Shown: in pieces, positions 56,177 through 64,000 of the stretch
Layout: each line of letters begins with the position of its first letter
Position numbering within the stretch: position 1 is the first letter of the stretch
Origin: Candidatus Syntropharchaeum butanivorans
GTDB taxonomy: Archaea > Halobacteriota > Syntropharchaeia > Syntropharchaeales > Syntropharchaeaceae
Assembly: GCA_001766825.1 (NCBI GenBank)
Contig: LYOR01000002.1
Coordinates: 129,924-193,923, forward strand
Direction of reading: 5' to 3'
DNA: 64,000 bases
The notes under the pieces: model-generated
What the model was told of the DNA's origin: nothing
Databases searched by the model: none
What the model saw: only the letters and a program-made list of their open reading frames with translations
Translations under genes and position numbers: made by a program

Positions 56177-56888
56177 AACGAGGTCGCTTAACGGTGGATA
56201 CGGTGAACTTCAGGTCATATTTGATATTAACGCAGCGATTAAAGCAGGAAAGATCACAGCGGTTCTTGGACCCAATGGAAGTGGTAAAAGCACGTTTTTA
56301 AAGGCGATATCAGGACTTGCAACGGTATACAGGGGAGAAATACGCTATGATGGGAGGGATATCACAAGAATGCCATCCCACAGGCGTGCAAGGCTCGGAA
56401 TCGCCTATTTACCCCAGACGGATAACCTTTTCTCCAATCTCACGGTGGCAGAGAACCTCAGGATCGCGGGTTATACGCTGGGAGAGGACAAGATAAAGGA
56501 GCGCATAGATGCGGTACTTGATATCTTCCCTGAGCTTGGAAGGTTCATGAAAAGAAAGGCGGGGAGCTTGAGTGGAGGCGAGAGACAGTTTCTTGCGATT
56601 GGATCAGCCCTTATAAGAGAAGCTAAGATGCTTTTACTCGATGAACCAACCGCACATCTCTCACCAAAGCTTTCAGAGGTTATATTCAACCGAATACTCG
56701 AGCTAAATGATAGGTATGGTCTGACGATCGCCCTCGTTGAACAGAACGTGAAAGGAGCACTTCAGATAAGTGATGAGGCATATGTCCTTGTAAATGGGCA
56801 GGTTGCCTTTGAGGGAAGGGGCGATGAACTACTTGAGGGAGGGATGGAGCGCTACTTCATCGGTTCTTTAACAGAACCGCGTTTATAA
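56169..56888 (+). CDS. livF: Branched-chain amino acid ABC transporter ATP-binding protein (LivF type)
   Basis: [16 protein letters not shown] and LLLDEP. Confidence 0.85.
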   Translation: MLRTRSLNGGYGELQVIFDINAAIKAGKITAVLGPNGSGKSTFLKAISGLATVYRGEIRYDGRDITRMPSHRRARLGIAYLPQTDNLFSNLTVAENLRIAGYTLGEDKIKERIDAVLDIFPELGRFMKRKAGSLSGGERQFLAIGSALIREAKMLLLDEPTAHLSPKLSEVIFNRILELNDRYGLTIALVEQNVKGALQISDEAYVLVNGQVAFEGRGDELLEGGMERYFIGSLTEPRL

Positions 56889-57240
56889 CTCCGTGCTGCC
56901 CTGGTCTGGCGGTTACAAGAGCCTCACCGATCTCCGTCTTGATCACTGCACCCTTTGTTATGATGTTACGCCGCACGTAGTGCTGGTTTGCCCTGTTCTC
57001 AAGAACCGTCTCGATCTTGACCTTCTGTGTTTTACCACTCTCACGGTCTGTCACATTCGCAAAGAGAGTCCTGAAAAGCTTGATCTTCTTGTTTCCACCA
57101 CGAACCCTCAGAACTTTCCTCCTCTCCTCCCCAATATGGGTCGTGGTACTGGGCCTTCCAATCTCATACTTCTTCTTACCTGAGCTACGCTTGTATCTCC
57201 CACCTGTTGGCTTTCGTCGTGATCTACCCTGCCATTTCAT
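56857..57240 (-). CDS. rps8e: 30S ribosomal protein S8e
   Basis: [17 protein letters not shown]... is the typical S8e N-terminus. Confidence 0.9.
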   Translation of the reverse strand: MKWQGRSRRKPTGGRYKRSSGKKKYEIGRPSTTTHIGEERRKVLRVRGGNKKIKLFRTLFANVTDRESGKTQKVKIETVLENRANQHYVRRNIITKGAVIKTEIGEALVTARPGQHGVINAVLLKNR

Positions 57241-57293
57241 GGTAACTCTCCGTTCATATCCATTGCGATGGTATATTTAACACTTTGCTCGAT

Positions 57294-58754
57294 TCAAACC
57301 CAGACAACCTCAACCTGCCCTTTCTCAATATCACCAATATAACCCTTCCACTCCTGCTCACATGCGATTATAAACCGAACATCCGGGTTTAGCTCAATAA
57401 GACGGCGAACATTGGATCCTGCAACAACCATCGCCTCGTGATCAGGGGTTTTTGGGATCTCCGAGGGCCCCACCGGATATGTCTCGGATAACTCGACCGG
57501 ATAAGGACCAAAAGGTGGTTTCAGGAGAAATAGATGATCATGCTCGATATTAAGCTGCTTTAGCACCCTCTCTGTGGTTATGAGGACGGTTCCCCCAAGC
57601 TCAAACCGATCGAGCCGGTTTGAGTACCTTATAACCTCGGGCCTTCTGGATGATTCAGGTCCACTGTAAAAGAATGAGGTCTTTGAGATCGGGTCGAACC
57701 TCTCAATGAGATCCGCAAAACTCACGGCAGATTTGAGCCCCTCAAGAAGGCTTGGATGCGATCGCACACGCATCTGGACAAGTTCCCATAATCGTTTCTC
57801 CCTTATTGCCTCTTTTATCCGCCTGATCTCCTCAAAACTCGTGTACAGGTTGTGATCTGCGAGAAGATCCTTATCTGATCTCAGATCCTCAGGGGATCTC
57901 TCTGAACAGACAGGGCATGAGCATGGGAGGTATTCCATCTTCTCGATGAAATATGTCCCGCTGGGTGAGAGGTAGCGACCATCGCTTGCGTAAAGTGCGT
58001 ATGCCGCAGAATCAAAGAGGTCACATCCAAGTGCAACTGCAAGTGCGAAGACCATCGGATGCCCGGCACCAAAGAGGTGGATCGGTGCTGAAGGCTCAAG
58101 ATTGATCTTGGAGTGGAGGATTACCCGGACAAGATCTCCGTACCTGTATTGCTCCATGAGCGGCACGACACCGCCGATAGGATACAGATCAAACCCAATT
58201 CTGGAAGCCTCACGTGCTGCGTATTCCCTCAGATCAGGGTAAATTGATCCCTGTATCGTTCCAGCAAGTATCATCCCGTCCCGTTCATCATCTATAAGCT
58301 CTCGAGCCTCCCTGAGTCGATTGAGAGTTCTATCAAGCTCAGCCCTGGCACGGGAATGACTGATGTAGATCGATGAGGGTATATCAAGTGGAACACCTAT
58401 GTCACTCCCTATCTCCTGCTGAAAGCGCACAATCTCACTGTTTTCAACCTCGATAGCCCGATACTCATAGAGCTGATATGAACCAGAGTCTGTCATAAGT
58501 GCCCCATCCCAGCCGAGTAACCTGTGAACCCCAAGATCTCTTGCCTGATTTCTGAGTTCAGGGGATCTATATATGAGATAGGCGTTTGTTATGATGATCT
58601 GGGCACCAAACTTCCTGAGCCTTGAGGCATCCGCCCCGGGTCGCACGACCGGTAAGATCGCCGGGGTCTCAATCACCCCATGTGCGGTCTTAAGCCTTCC
58701 AATTCTACCCATCACATCCTTATCCTTGAGCTCAAAGACCTCTCGCATCCTCAA
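57294..58754 (-). CDS. tgtA: Archaeosine tRNA-guanine transglycosylase (ArcTGT), short form
   Basis: GRIGRLKTAHGVIETPAILPVV, TDSGSYQ, HLFGAGHP and the zinc site CSCPVC. At 486 aa it apparently lacks a PUA domain. Confidence 0.85.
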   Translation of the reverse strand: MRMREVFELKDKDVMGRIGRLKTAHGVIETPAILPVVRPGADASRLRKFGAQIIITNAYLIYRSPELRNQARDLGVHRLLGWDGALMTDSGSYQLYEYRAIEVENSEIVRFQQEIGSDIGVPLDIPSSIYISHSRARAELDRTLNRLREARELIDDERDGMILAGTIQGSIYPDLREYAAREASRIGFDLYPIGGVVPLMEQYRYGDLVRVILHSKINLEPSAPIHLFGAGHPMVFALAVALGCDLFDSAAYALYASDGRYLSPSGTYFIEKMEYLPCSCPVCSERSPEDLRSDKDLLADHNLYTSFEEIRRIKEAIREKRLWELVQMRVRSHPSLLEGLKSAVSFADLIERFDPISKTSFFYSGPESSRRPEVIRYSNRLDRFELGGTVLITTERVLKQLNIEHDHLFLLKPPFGPYPVELSETYPVGPSEIPKTPDHEAMVVAGSNVRRLIELNPDVRFIIACEQEWKGYIGDIEKGQVEVVWV

Positions 58755-59941
58755 TCACCTCCCAGGATCTCAGATGCCCGAAGCACATATCCGCCTGTGA
58801 AGACGTCTCCCCTCCCAACAGCCTGAACAAGCGAGGGTAAAGGGTAGACCCCGGTGGTAACACACACAAAGCCATCTCTCTTCTCGATTACCCTTTCAGA
58901 GGTGGGTCTACAACCGCCAAGAACCGCTGAAATCTCTCTTATATCTGGAAATTTCCCCTTCATGATGTATGCTGCTGCAACCCTCGCGCCAAAGTCAAGC
59001 GAATCGGCAAACGCGTCTGGATCATACCCCTCATCCCTCATCACTCCAGCCATGAATCGCTCTGTATGAACCACAACAAGCCCCGGCTCATAGAGTCCAA
59101 GAAGCTCCTGTGCTTTTTCAAAGATCGTATCTGGGTTAACATCAGGGCTGTGCATTCCTGAAAGCCCTAAAAGCTCCTCTCCGTTCATTCCCACACTCTC
59201 AAGCATCCCCCTAAACTCTTCCAGAAGCCTATGAGCCAGCCTGAAGTTCCTGAATGCACCAAGCTCACAGTGTGTGAAGAGATCAGGATTCTCCCTTTTC
59301 CATGCTTCAAGAAGCCTCGCAACCTCACTGATCTTATCCTCACATATCTCATCAGGCAGGAGGTGAAAGCCTGATATGACAGCACCCTTCATCCTCTTTG
59401 CCTCTCTGGTTGAGATCTCAGCAAATGCGGGATCTATCTCAACCTCACGCTCAAGCCCTCCATTTACGATGAACCGCTCTCTTCCACCTTTTTCTGTCTC
59501 AAACTCAAATACAAAATGGATAAGCTCATCAGAGCCTCCGCGCGTTGAAAGTGCACTCACAGGATCAAGAAGCTCTATCCCATGGGAAGACCGCAGGGGT
59601 ATCATTATCCCATCGCTGTTAAGCTGCTCCACCACCCGAGCAGATAGATGGGGGGCGTTGAGGATGACAGGGGACTCGCCAAGTGTGGCGATCGTGTTTG
59701 CAATGATACCCCCGTTTCCACCAAGCCTGAATCTCGCGTTATACGCCTCGAATACGCGCGATAGCAGGAAGATCGTCGCTTCTGATGCGGAGATCTCATG
59801 CCCCACCCCCTCATTGATTGAGCGGCAAAGATCCTCATAGATCTCACTGCCCTTGAGCTCATCCAGAAGCTCGTTGTTCACATGGACTATCGCATCTAAA
59901 TTGAGGTTAAACCCCACAATAAAGCCTTTCCGCTTTTTCAT
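58751..59941 (-). CDS. ADP-dependent sugar kinase-like (ribokinase-fold) protein
   Basis: GFNLNLDAIVHV, GGNGGIIAN, MNGEEL and GRGDVFTGGY. An alternative start is the ATG at 59965. Confidence 0.55.
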   Translation of the reverse strand: MKKRKGFIVGFNLNLDAIVHVNNELLDELKGSEIYEDLCRSINEGVGHEISASEATIFLLSRVFEAYNARFRLGGNGGIIANTIATLGESPVILNAPHLSARVVEQLNSDGIMIPLRSSHGIELLDPVSALSTRGGSDELIHFVFEFETEKGGRERFIVNGGLEREVEIDPAFAEISTREAKRMKGAVISGFHLLPDEICEDKISEVARLLEAWKRENPDLFTHCELGAFRNFRLAHRLLEEFRGMLESVGMNGEELLGLSGMHSPDVNPDTIFEKAQELLGLYEPGLVVVHTERFMAGVMRDEGYDPDAFADSLDFGARVAAAYIMKGKFPDIREISAVLGGCRPTSERVIEKRDGFVCVTTGVYPLPSLVQAVGRGDVFTGGYVLRASEILGGD

Positions 59942-59943
59942 CG

Positions 59944-61230
59944 CTATTTCTGCTTCTTCTCCCATTTATACAGCTCAATCACCTGAGATAGTGTCTTACC
60001 ACGCCTTATCTCTTCGCGCACCCGATCCTCGTTCTTCTTAACCTCCATCGCACGTCTTGCAATCTCGTAGGCCCGCTCCTTCGGTATCACCATCACCCCA
60101 TTATCATCGCCAACAATGTAATCACCTGGCCTCACCTTCACCCCGCCACATGTGATCTCTGCATTTATCTCACCAAATCCCTTCGGATCTCCTGCGTTTG
60201 GCACAATTCCGCTTGCAAAGACCGGAAATCCTATCTTTCTGATCTCATCAATGTCTCTCACAGGACCATCGATCACAAGCGCCTTTATCCCTCGATTCTG
60301 GGCACTGTGGGATGCAAGCTCGCCCCATGGTGTTATGTAATCACTGCCGTTGAATATAACGAGTATATCACCTGGATTTGCAACATCGATCGCCTCAACG
60401 GTCTTTGCCCAGTCTCCCCCGAAGGTCTGTACCGTCACCGCTCTACCCACAACCTTGATCCCCTCGAATAACGGGCGTATTCCACGCATTCCAGGCTCCC
60501 TGTGCATTGCATCTGAGATATTTGGCGTTGAAACCTGCATAAGAAGGCGTATCGTCTCTTCTTCGAGTGTTTCACGCTTTCTTTCCTTTACTTCTGCCTT
60601 ATCTATCGCTTCACGGATCAGTCTCGTCGATCCGGTCACGTCTGCCGATCGTATGATGTTTCCCCCCACGATTACGATATCAGCACCTGATGCAACTGCA
60701 CGGGCTGCGCTTTCAGCGTCAAGACCCCCTCCAACGGCAAGTGGAGTTTTAACATCCTTCACAATCGTCTCAAGAAGATCTATTGTATCGACACCCACCA
60801 TCTGTTGATCTATCCCGACATGAACACAGATATAATCAACCCCGATCTCCTCAAGCTCCTTTGACTTTGCGACAGGATCAGGGACATTCATGATATCCAC
60901 CATCAGCTCAACACCATACTCTCTTGCGGATCTCAGTGCATCCTCGATCGTTGAGTTATCTGCAACGGCAAGGATTGAAACGATATTCGCACCCGCCTTT
61001 GCCGCCATCTCAACCTCAATCGCGCCTGTGTCCATCGTCTTCATGTCTGCAACGATTTTCTGCTCAGGGAACTTCTCACGCATCGTACGGATGGCATCCA
61101 TCCCTTCACTCTTGATGAGTGGTGTTCCGACCTCTATCCAGTCAGCACCCCCCTCTAATGACTCCTTTGCTATCTGAACAGCTCGATCAAGCTCTAAGAG
61201 ATCGAGGGCAACCTGAAGTTTGGGTCTCAT
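59944..61230 (-). CDS. Bifunctional 3-hexulose-6-phosphate synthase / RraA-like (DlpA-type) fusion protein
   Basis: The N-half is [13 protein letters not shown]...ADMKTMDTG...VGGG (HPS/OMPDC fold). The C-half is SDAM...GGDWAK...[14 protein letters not shown]...DGPVRD (RraA fold). Confidence 0.75.
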   Translation of the reverse strand: MRPKLQVALDLLELDRAVQIAKESLEGGADWIEVGTPLIKSEGMDAIRTMREKFPEQKIVADMKTMDTGAIEVEMAAKAGANIVSILAVADNSTIEDALRSAREYGVELMVDIMNVPDPVAKSKELEEIGVDYICVHVGIDQQMVGVDTIDLLETIVKDVKTPLAVGGGLDAESAARAVASGADIVIVGGNIIRSADVTGSTRLIREAIDKAEVKERKRETLEEETIRLLMQVSTPNISDAMHREPGMRGIRPLFEGIKVVGRAVTVQTFGGDWAKTVEAIDVANPGDILVIFNGSDYITPWGELASHSAQNRGIKALVIDGPVRDIDEIRKIGFPVFASGIVPNAGDPKGFGEINAEITCGGVKVRPGDYIVGDDNGVMVIPKERAYEIARRAMEVKKNEDRVREEIRRGKTLSQVIELYKWEKKQK

Positions 61231-61327
61231 CACTATATACTCGTGCACATTGCATTTAGAGTTTTTGGGTGATCCAATAGATATTTATGCTTCAAAAACA
61301 AGACCAAAATGAAGATGGAGGAAGTTT

Positions 61328-61738
61328 ATGAGTATACGACTTGGATTTGTTGTATCTGAGTTCAACAGGGATATAACCTATCAGATGGAACTCCTGGGGA
61401 GGGAGCATGCAAGCTTCCTGGGCGCGGAGGTCGTGGAAACGATTTACGTCCCGGGAGTCTATGACATGCCGCTTGCAGTGAAGCGACTGGCTGAGAAGGC
61501 GGATATCGACGGGGTTGTCACGATCGGGTGTGTGATCGAGGGTGCGACAGAGCATGATGAGATCGTTCTGCAGCATGCAGCACGTAAGATCATCGATATC
61601 TCGCTTGAGGTCGGAAAACCCGTGGCGCTTGGTATCTCTGGCCCCGGTATGACAAGGATGGAGGCACACGCGCGGGTTGACTATGCGAAGAGGGCGGTTG
61701 AATCTGCTGTGAAGATGGTTAAGCGGCTGAGGGAGTAG
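61328..61738 (+). CDS. ribH: 6,7-dimethyl-8-ribityllumazine synthase
   Basis: LGFVVSEFNRDIT...VPGVYDMPLA...GCVIEGATEHDEIV. Confidence 0.85.
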   Translation: MSIRLGFVVSEFNRDITYQMELLGREHASFLGAEVVETIYVPGVYDMPLAVKRLAEKADIDGVVTIGCVIEGATEHDEIVLQHAARKIIDISLEVGKPVALGISGPGMTRMEAHARVDYAKRAVESAVKMVKRLRE

Positions 61739-61741
61739 GAT

Positions 61742-61867
61742 ATGTGTGAAATAGACCAGAACAAGGTCTACTTCAAGTGCATAACCTGCGAGTATGTCTT
61801 CCAGGAGGATCCAATGATAGTCGTCCGATGCCCGATGTGCGGGAGTGAGGATGTGGTGCGAGTATAG
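61742..61867 (+). CDS. Small (41 aa) zinc-ribbon protein, not in ORF track
   Basis: MCEIDQNKVYFKCITCEYVFQEDPMIVVRCPMCGSEDVVRV*. It has CxxC...CxxC. The ATG lies 3 nt after the ribH stop. Confidence 0.5.
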   Translation: MCEIDQNKVYFKCITCEYVFQEDPMIVVRCPMCGSEDVVRV

Positions 61868-61920
61868 CTTATCTGTGGAAGTAAGACTTAAGTAGGATCG
61901 GATGTAATTTGATCAGAGAT

Positions 61921-61993
61921 AGCCCGGTGGTGTAGTGGTCAATCATGTAAGGCTCTGGACCTTACGACCGCGGTTCGAATCCGTGCCGGGCTA
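61921..61993 (+). tRNA. tRNA-Gln (anticodon CTG)
   Basis: AGCCCGGTGGTGTAGTGGTCAATCATGTAAGGCTCTGGACCTTACGACCGCGGTTCGAATCCGTGCCGGGCTA. It has a 7-bp acceptor stem, anticodon loop CTCTGGA and T-loop GTTCGAATC. Confidence 0.9.
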
Positions 61994-62028
61994 TTTTGCA
62001 GGATCATAATGTCATTGAGGAGATATTG

Positions 62029-62421
62029 ATGGTTAACTTCAGGGTCGTTGTCTCAGATCCAAAGGATGGAAAAGCATATCAGCTTGAGCTTGATGATAAA
62101 ACCTCAAGAAAGCTCTTTGGGCTGGGTATAGGTGACACCTTCGATGGGTCGATTATAGGGCTTGATGGATACCGCCTTCTCATAACAGGAGGAACGGACA
62201 GGGATGGTTTCCCCCAGCGAAGGGACCTCCCGGGAACCGGTAAGAAGAGGATCCTCCTTGCAGGTGGTGTCGGTTACAGGCCAAAGGAGCGGGGTAAACG
62301 GGTCAGGAAGATGATAAGGGGGCGGGTCATATCAGAGGAAATAAGCCAGATAAACACGAAGATCGTATCCTATGGATCAAAACCCCTTGCTGAGATCGCT
62401 GGAAAGGAAGACTCAGGATGA
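62029..62421 (+). CDS. rps6e: 30S ribosomal protein S6e
   Basis: MVNFRVVVSDPKDGKAYQLE...ITGGTDRDGFP. I chose the ATG at 62029; the track's TTG at 61996 abuts the tRNA. Confidence 0.9.
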   Translation: MVNFRVVVSDPKDGKAYQLELDDKTSRKLFGLGIGDTFDGSIIGLDGYRLLITGGTDRDGFPQRRDLPGTGKKRILLAGGVGYRPKERGKRVRKMIRGRVISEEISQINTKIVSYGSKPLAEIAGKEDSG

Positions 62422-62973
62422 GTTCAGCGCCCACTTAACCCTTCTACCTTCACACCTTGCAGATATAACAACCTCAGAGAGATCGATCTTCTTCGGAACC
62501 TCAAAGCATACCCATCCTTCTTTCGTCACATCCGGGTATATCTTATCTGTTGTAAGGGGATCGTAGTGTCTCCTTCCATCCGGAACACGCCAGCTCTTCT
62601 TCGGGCGAATCACTTCATCGAGGTAGTGGAGTCGCATATCTATGAGAAGTGGAGGGGTGGCTGGCACCTTCCCGATGTTCCTCACCTTAACATGCACGAG
62701 GAGATATGCCGCTCCCTCCTCTGCAAAGCTACTCTCAAGAAGCTCACACTCAGAGATGGTCATCTGGAGATCTCCCGTCTCAACGTACTTCCCCATCATA
62801 ACAGGTCTTGAGATGAGCGGGGATGCGAGATCTGCGAAACCATCCACAAGGAGCTTGACGTAGTATAAACCTTCCTGAATGGATGACTGAAACTGGGGGT
62901 TATCAAGATTGACATATACAATCCCGACTGTGGCAAGGATTACCAGCACAATGACAATCTTTTCAGGCTTCAT
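62413..62973 (-). CDS. Membrane-anchored DUF4352-like (Ig-fold) protein
   Basis: N-terminal TM helix; LLVHVKVRNIGKVPA...GWVCFEVPKKIDL. Confidence 0.5.
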   Translation of the reverse strand: MKPEKIVIVLVILATVGIVYVNLDNPQFQSSIQEGLYYVKLLVDGFADLASPLISRPVMMGKYVETGDLQMTISECELLESSFAEEGAAYLLVHVKVRNIGKVPATPPLLIDMRLHYLDEVIRPKKSWRVPDGRRHYDPLTTDKIYPDVTKEGWVCFEVPKKIDLSEVVISARCEGRRVKWALNSS

Positions 62974-63078
62974 ATATCTGTATCAGCTCTTATTCATATC
63001 TTTGAGGCTCATCTATCTAACATATCCACAGGGCATAACCCTCTCTCCGGTGTTATGAGTGTATTCCCCTCCAGTATG

Positions 63079-63089
63079 AAAAAATAAAA
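63079..63089 (-). terminator. Oligo-T archaeal terminator downstream of the histone gene
   Basis: The minus strand reads ttttatttttt about 17 nt after the histone stop. Confidence 0.45.
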
Positions 63090-63105
63090 GCTGGCAGGTT
63101 GAGGA

Positions 63106-63312
63106 TCACATCCTCGCTGCTGCCAGCTCGATATCCTCAACCTTCACCGTCTTTCGGCCTGCATGCTCCGCGAGTTTGATCGCCTCCTTGGCGATCTTCA
63201 TCCCTTCCTCCTCAAGGATCTTTGCGAGAGCTTCACGGGCACCTTCACTAACCCTCTCTGCTCCAGCTTCCCTCACAAGCCTATCTACAGGTGCAATTGG
63301 GAGGATTCCCAT
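63106..63312 (-). CDS. Archaeal histone (HMf family)
   Basis: [75 protein letters not shown]. Confidence 0.9.
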   Translation of the reverse strand: MGILPIAPVDRLVREAGAERVSEGAREALAKILEEEGMKIAKEAIKLAEHAGRKTVKVEDIELAAARM

Positions 63313-63549
63313 CTTCACTCACCTCCTTCATTCTTTATTGACACAGCAATGAGCCTCCATCTATCGATGATCGGATGACTTTTCATTCACCATGTCAAAT
63401 CCGATCATCATCCCCTGACCAAAACTCATTGCTGTATCGGAAGTATAGCCCCAATAGAGGCCATTTCTACGGTTTATTAGAAAACAAATCATATATATAG
63501 TTTTCGCTGGTTCTGGCTTTTTTCGCTCCTTGATATCGGCAATCAAAAC

Positions 63550-64000
63550 CTATAACTCGATGAAACTTCGTATCAATCGGTCTCCTTCAACCAATCCAAA
63601 AAAACCATTTTTGACAGCGTGTTCGTCAAAAGAAACAACGTCATCCGTTTTTTCAAAATCACGTTCCTTCGACCAGATGCAGAACGGGACAGGATCTCGC
63701 GTATGGGTTCGCACCTTGAGCGGGGTGGGATGATCCGGCATAAGAAGGATACGAAGCTGCTCTATCTCCTGAGCCTCATCCAAGACCGTGCCAAGCACCT
63801 CATGATCAAATGCCTCCACCGCCTTGAGTTTCTCCTCAAGACTGCCAGCATGCCCCGCCTCATCGGGTGCCTCGACATGCAGGAAGACGAGATCACAGCT
63901 ATCACCGCGAAGTGCCTCGATCGCGTATTCAGCCTTCCCCCTGTAGTTGGTGTCAAAGTAGCCGGTTGCACCGGGCACATCGATCAGATCAAACCCGATG
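63550..64000 (-). CDS. Second cofactor-independent phosphoglycerate mutase (ApgM-like) paralog, C-terminal part (start beyond right edge)
   Basis: FLHVEAPDEAGHAG and LLMPDHPTP. The frame is open to the window end. Confidence 0.7.
   Translation of the reverse strand, partial: IGFDLIDVPGATGYFDTNYRGKAEYAIEALRGDSCDLVFLHVEAPDEAGHAGSLEEKLKAVEAFDHEVLGTVLDEAQEIEQLRILLMPDHPTPLKVRTHTRDPVPFCIWSKERDFEKTDDVVSFDEHAVKNGFFGLVEGDRLIRSFIEL

Noticed and set aside
63361-63546. 61-aa minus ORF, and an 11-bp inverted repeat (gatgatcggat / atccgatcatc, ~63364-63408) upstream of the histone gene.
   Set aside because: The ORF has no support. The hairpin is real in the sequence, but I cannot tie it to a function (terminator versus leader structure), so it is not reported as a feature.
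1-64000. Scan for CRISPR arrays, rRNA genes, inteins and group II introns.
   Set aside because: By eye I saw no regularly spaced direct repeats of 25-40 bp, no rRNA-like sequence, and no oversized insertions in conserved proteins (CobN, CcmF, TFB and FEN-1 have normal lengths).

Overview
This window is an archaeal (euryarchaeal) chromosomal segment. Evidence: an HMf-type histone, TFB, FEN-1, archaeosine tRNA-guanine transglycosylase, ribosomal proteins S6e and S8e, archaeal-type CcmE with a CxxxY motif, a nuo/fpo-like complex I module, and tRNA-Lys(CTT) and tRNA-Gln(CTG). I cannot name the lineage from sequence alone; the gene content fits an anaerobic Methanosarcinales/ANME-like or Archaeoglobales-like organism.

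Layout:
- 1-5660: N-terminal part of a giant secreted CARDB-repeat surface protein. It is missing from the ORF track because its stop lies off-window.
- 5780-13907: six-gene operon. It encodes an anchored small surface protein, a CooC-type NTPase, a FecB/C/E-type ABC importer and an orphan CobN chelatase.
- 13.9-18.8 kb: decaying accessory patch. It holds a frameshifted rve transposase, a truncated and frameshifted asnB-like gene, a CN-hydrolase with Lys-to-Arg in the catalytic motif, a P-loop protein and a 13-bp-TIR MITE-like element.
- 18789-24010: 13-gene single-strand operon. It encodes DUF134, two NifX/NifB-C-like proteins, an IscU-like scaffold, a TrmO-like protein, a MinD-ferredoxin ATPase and five tiny aromatic/Gly-Arg-rich proteins. 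One of these is a 55-aa zinc-ribbon ORF below the track threshold. I consider this the best candidate for an undescribed system.
- 24-33 kb: housekeeping genes. These are a PurM-like protein, DUF1848, DUF359 dephospho-CoA kinase, FEN-1, precorrin-2 dehydrogenase, MFS transporters, a NUDIX hydrolase and a PKD+2xLTD surface protein.
- 33.8-37.9 kb: nuoA-B-C-D-H only. NuoB carries a ~200-aa membrane N-terminal extension.
- 38.7-41.2 kb: multiply disrupted P-type H+-ATPase pseudogene.
- 41-46 kb: wHTH + TFB pair, then variant System I ccmE-ccmF plus an unknown anchored protein.
- 46.5-49.8 kb: two Roadblock/LC7 genes (one with no canonical start, not in the track), a 441-aa PATAN-like protein, a small membrane protein and CooC.
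- 50-64 kb: Lrp, AbrB-like, apgM, livHMKGF, S8e, tgtA, ADP-dependent sugar kinase-like, HPS-RraA fusion, ribH, S6e, histone and a second apgM-like gene.

I saw no CRISPR array and no rRNA. All family assignments come from motif recognition by eye; no searches were run.
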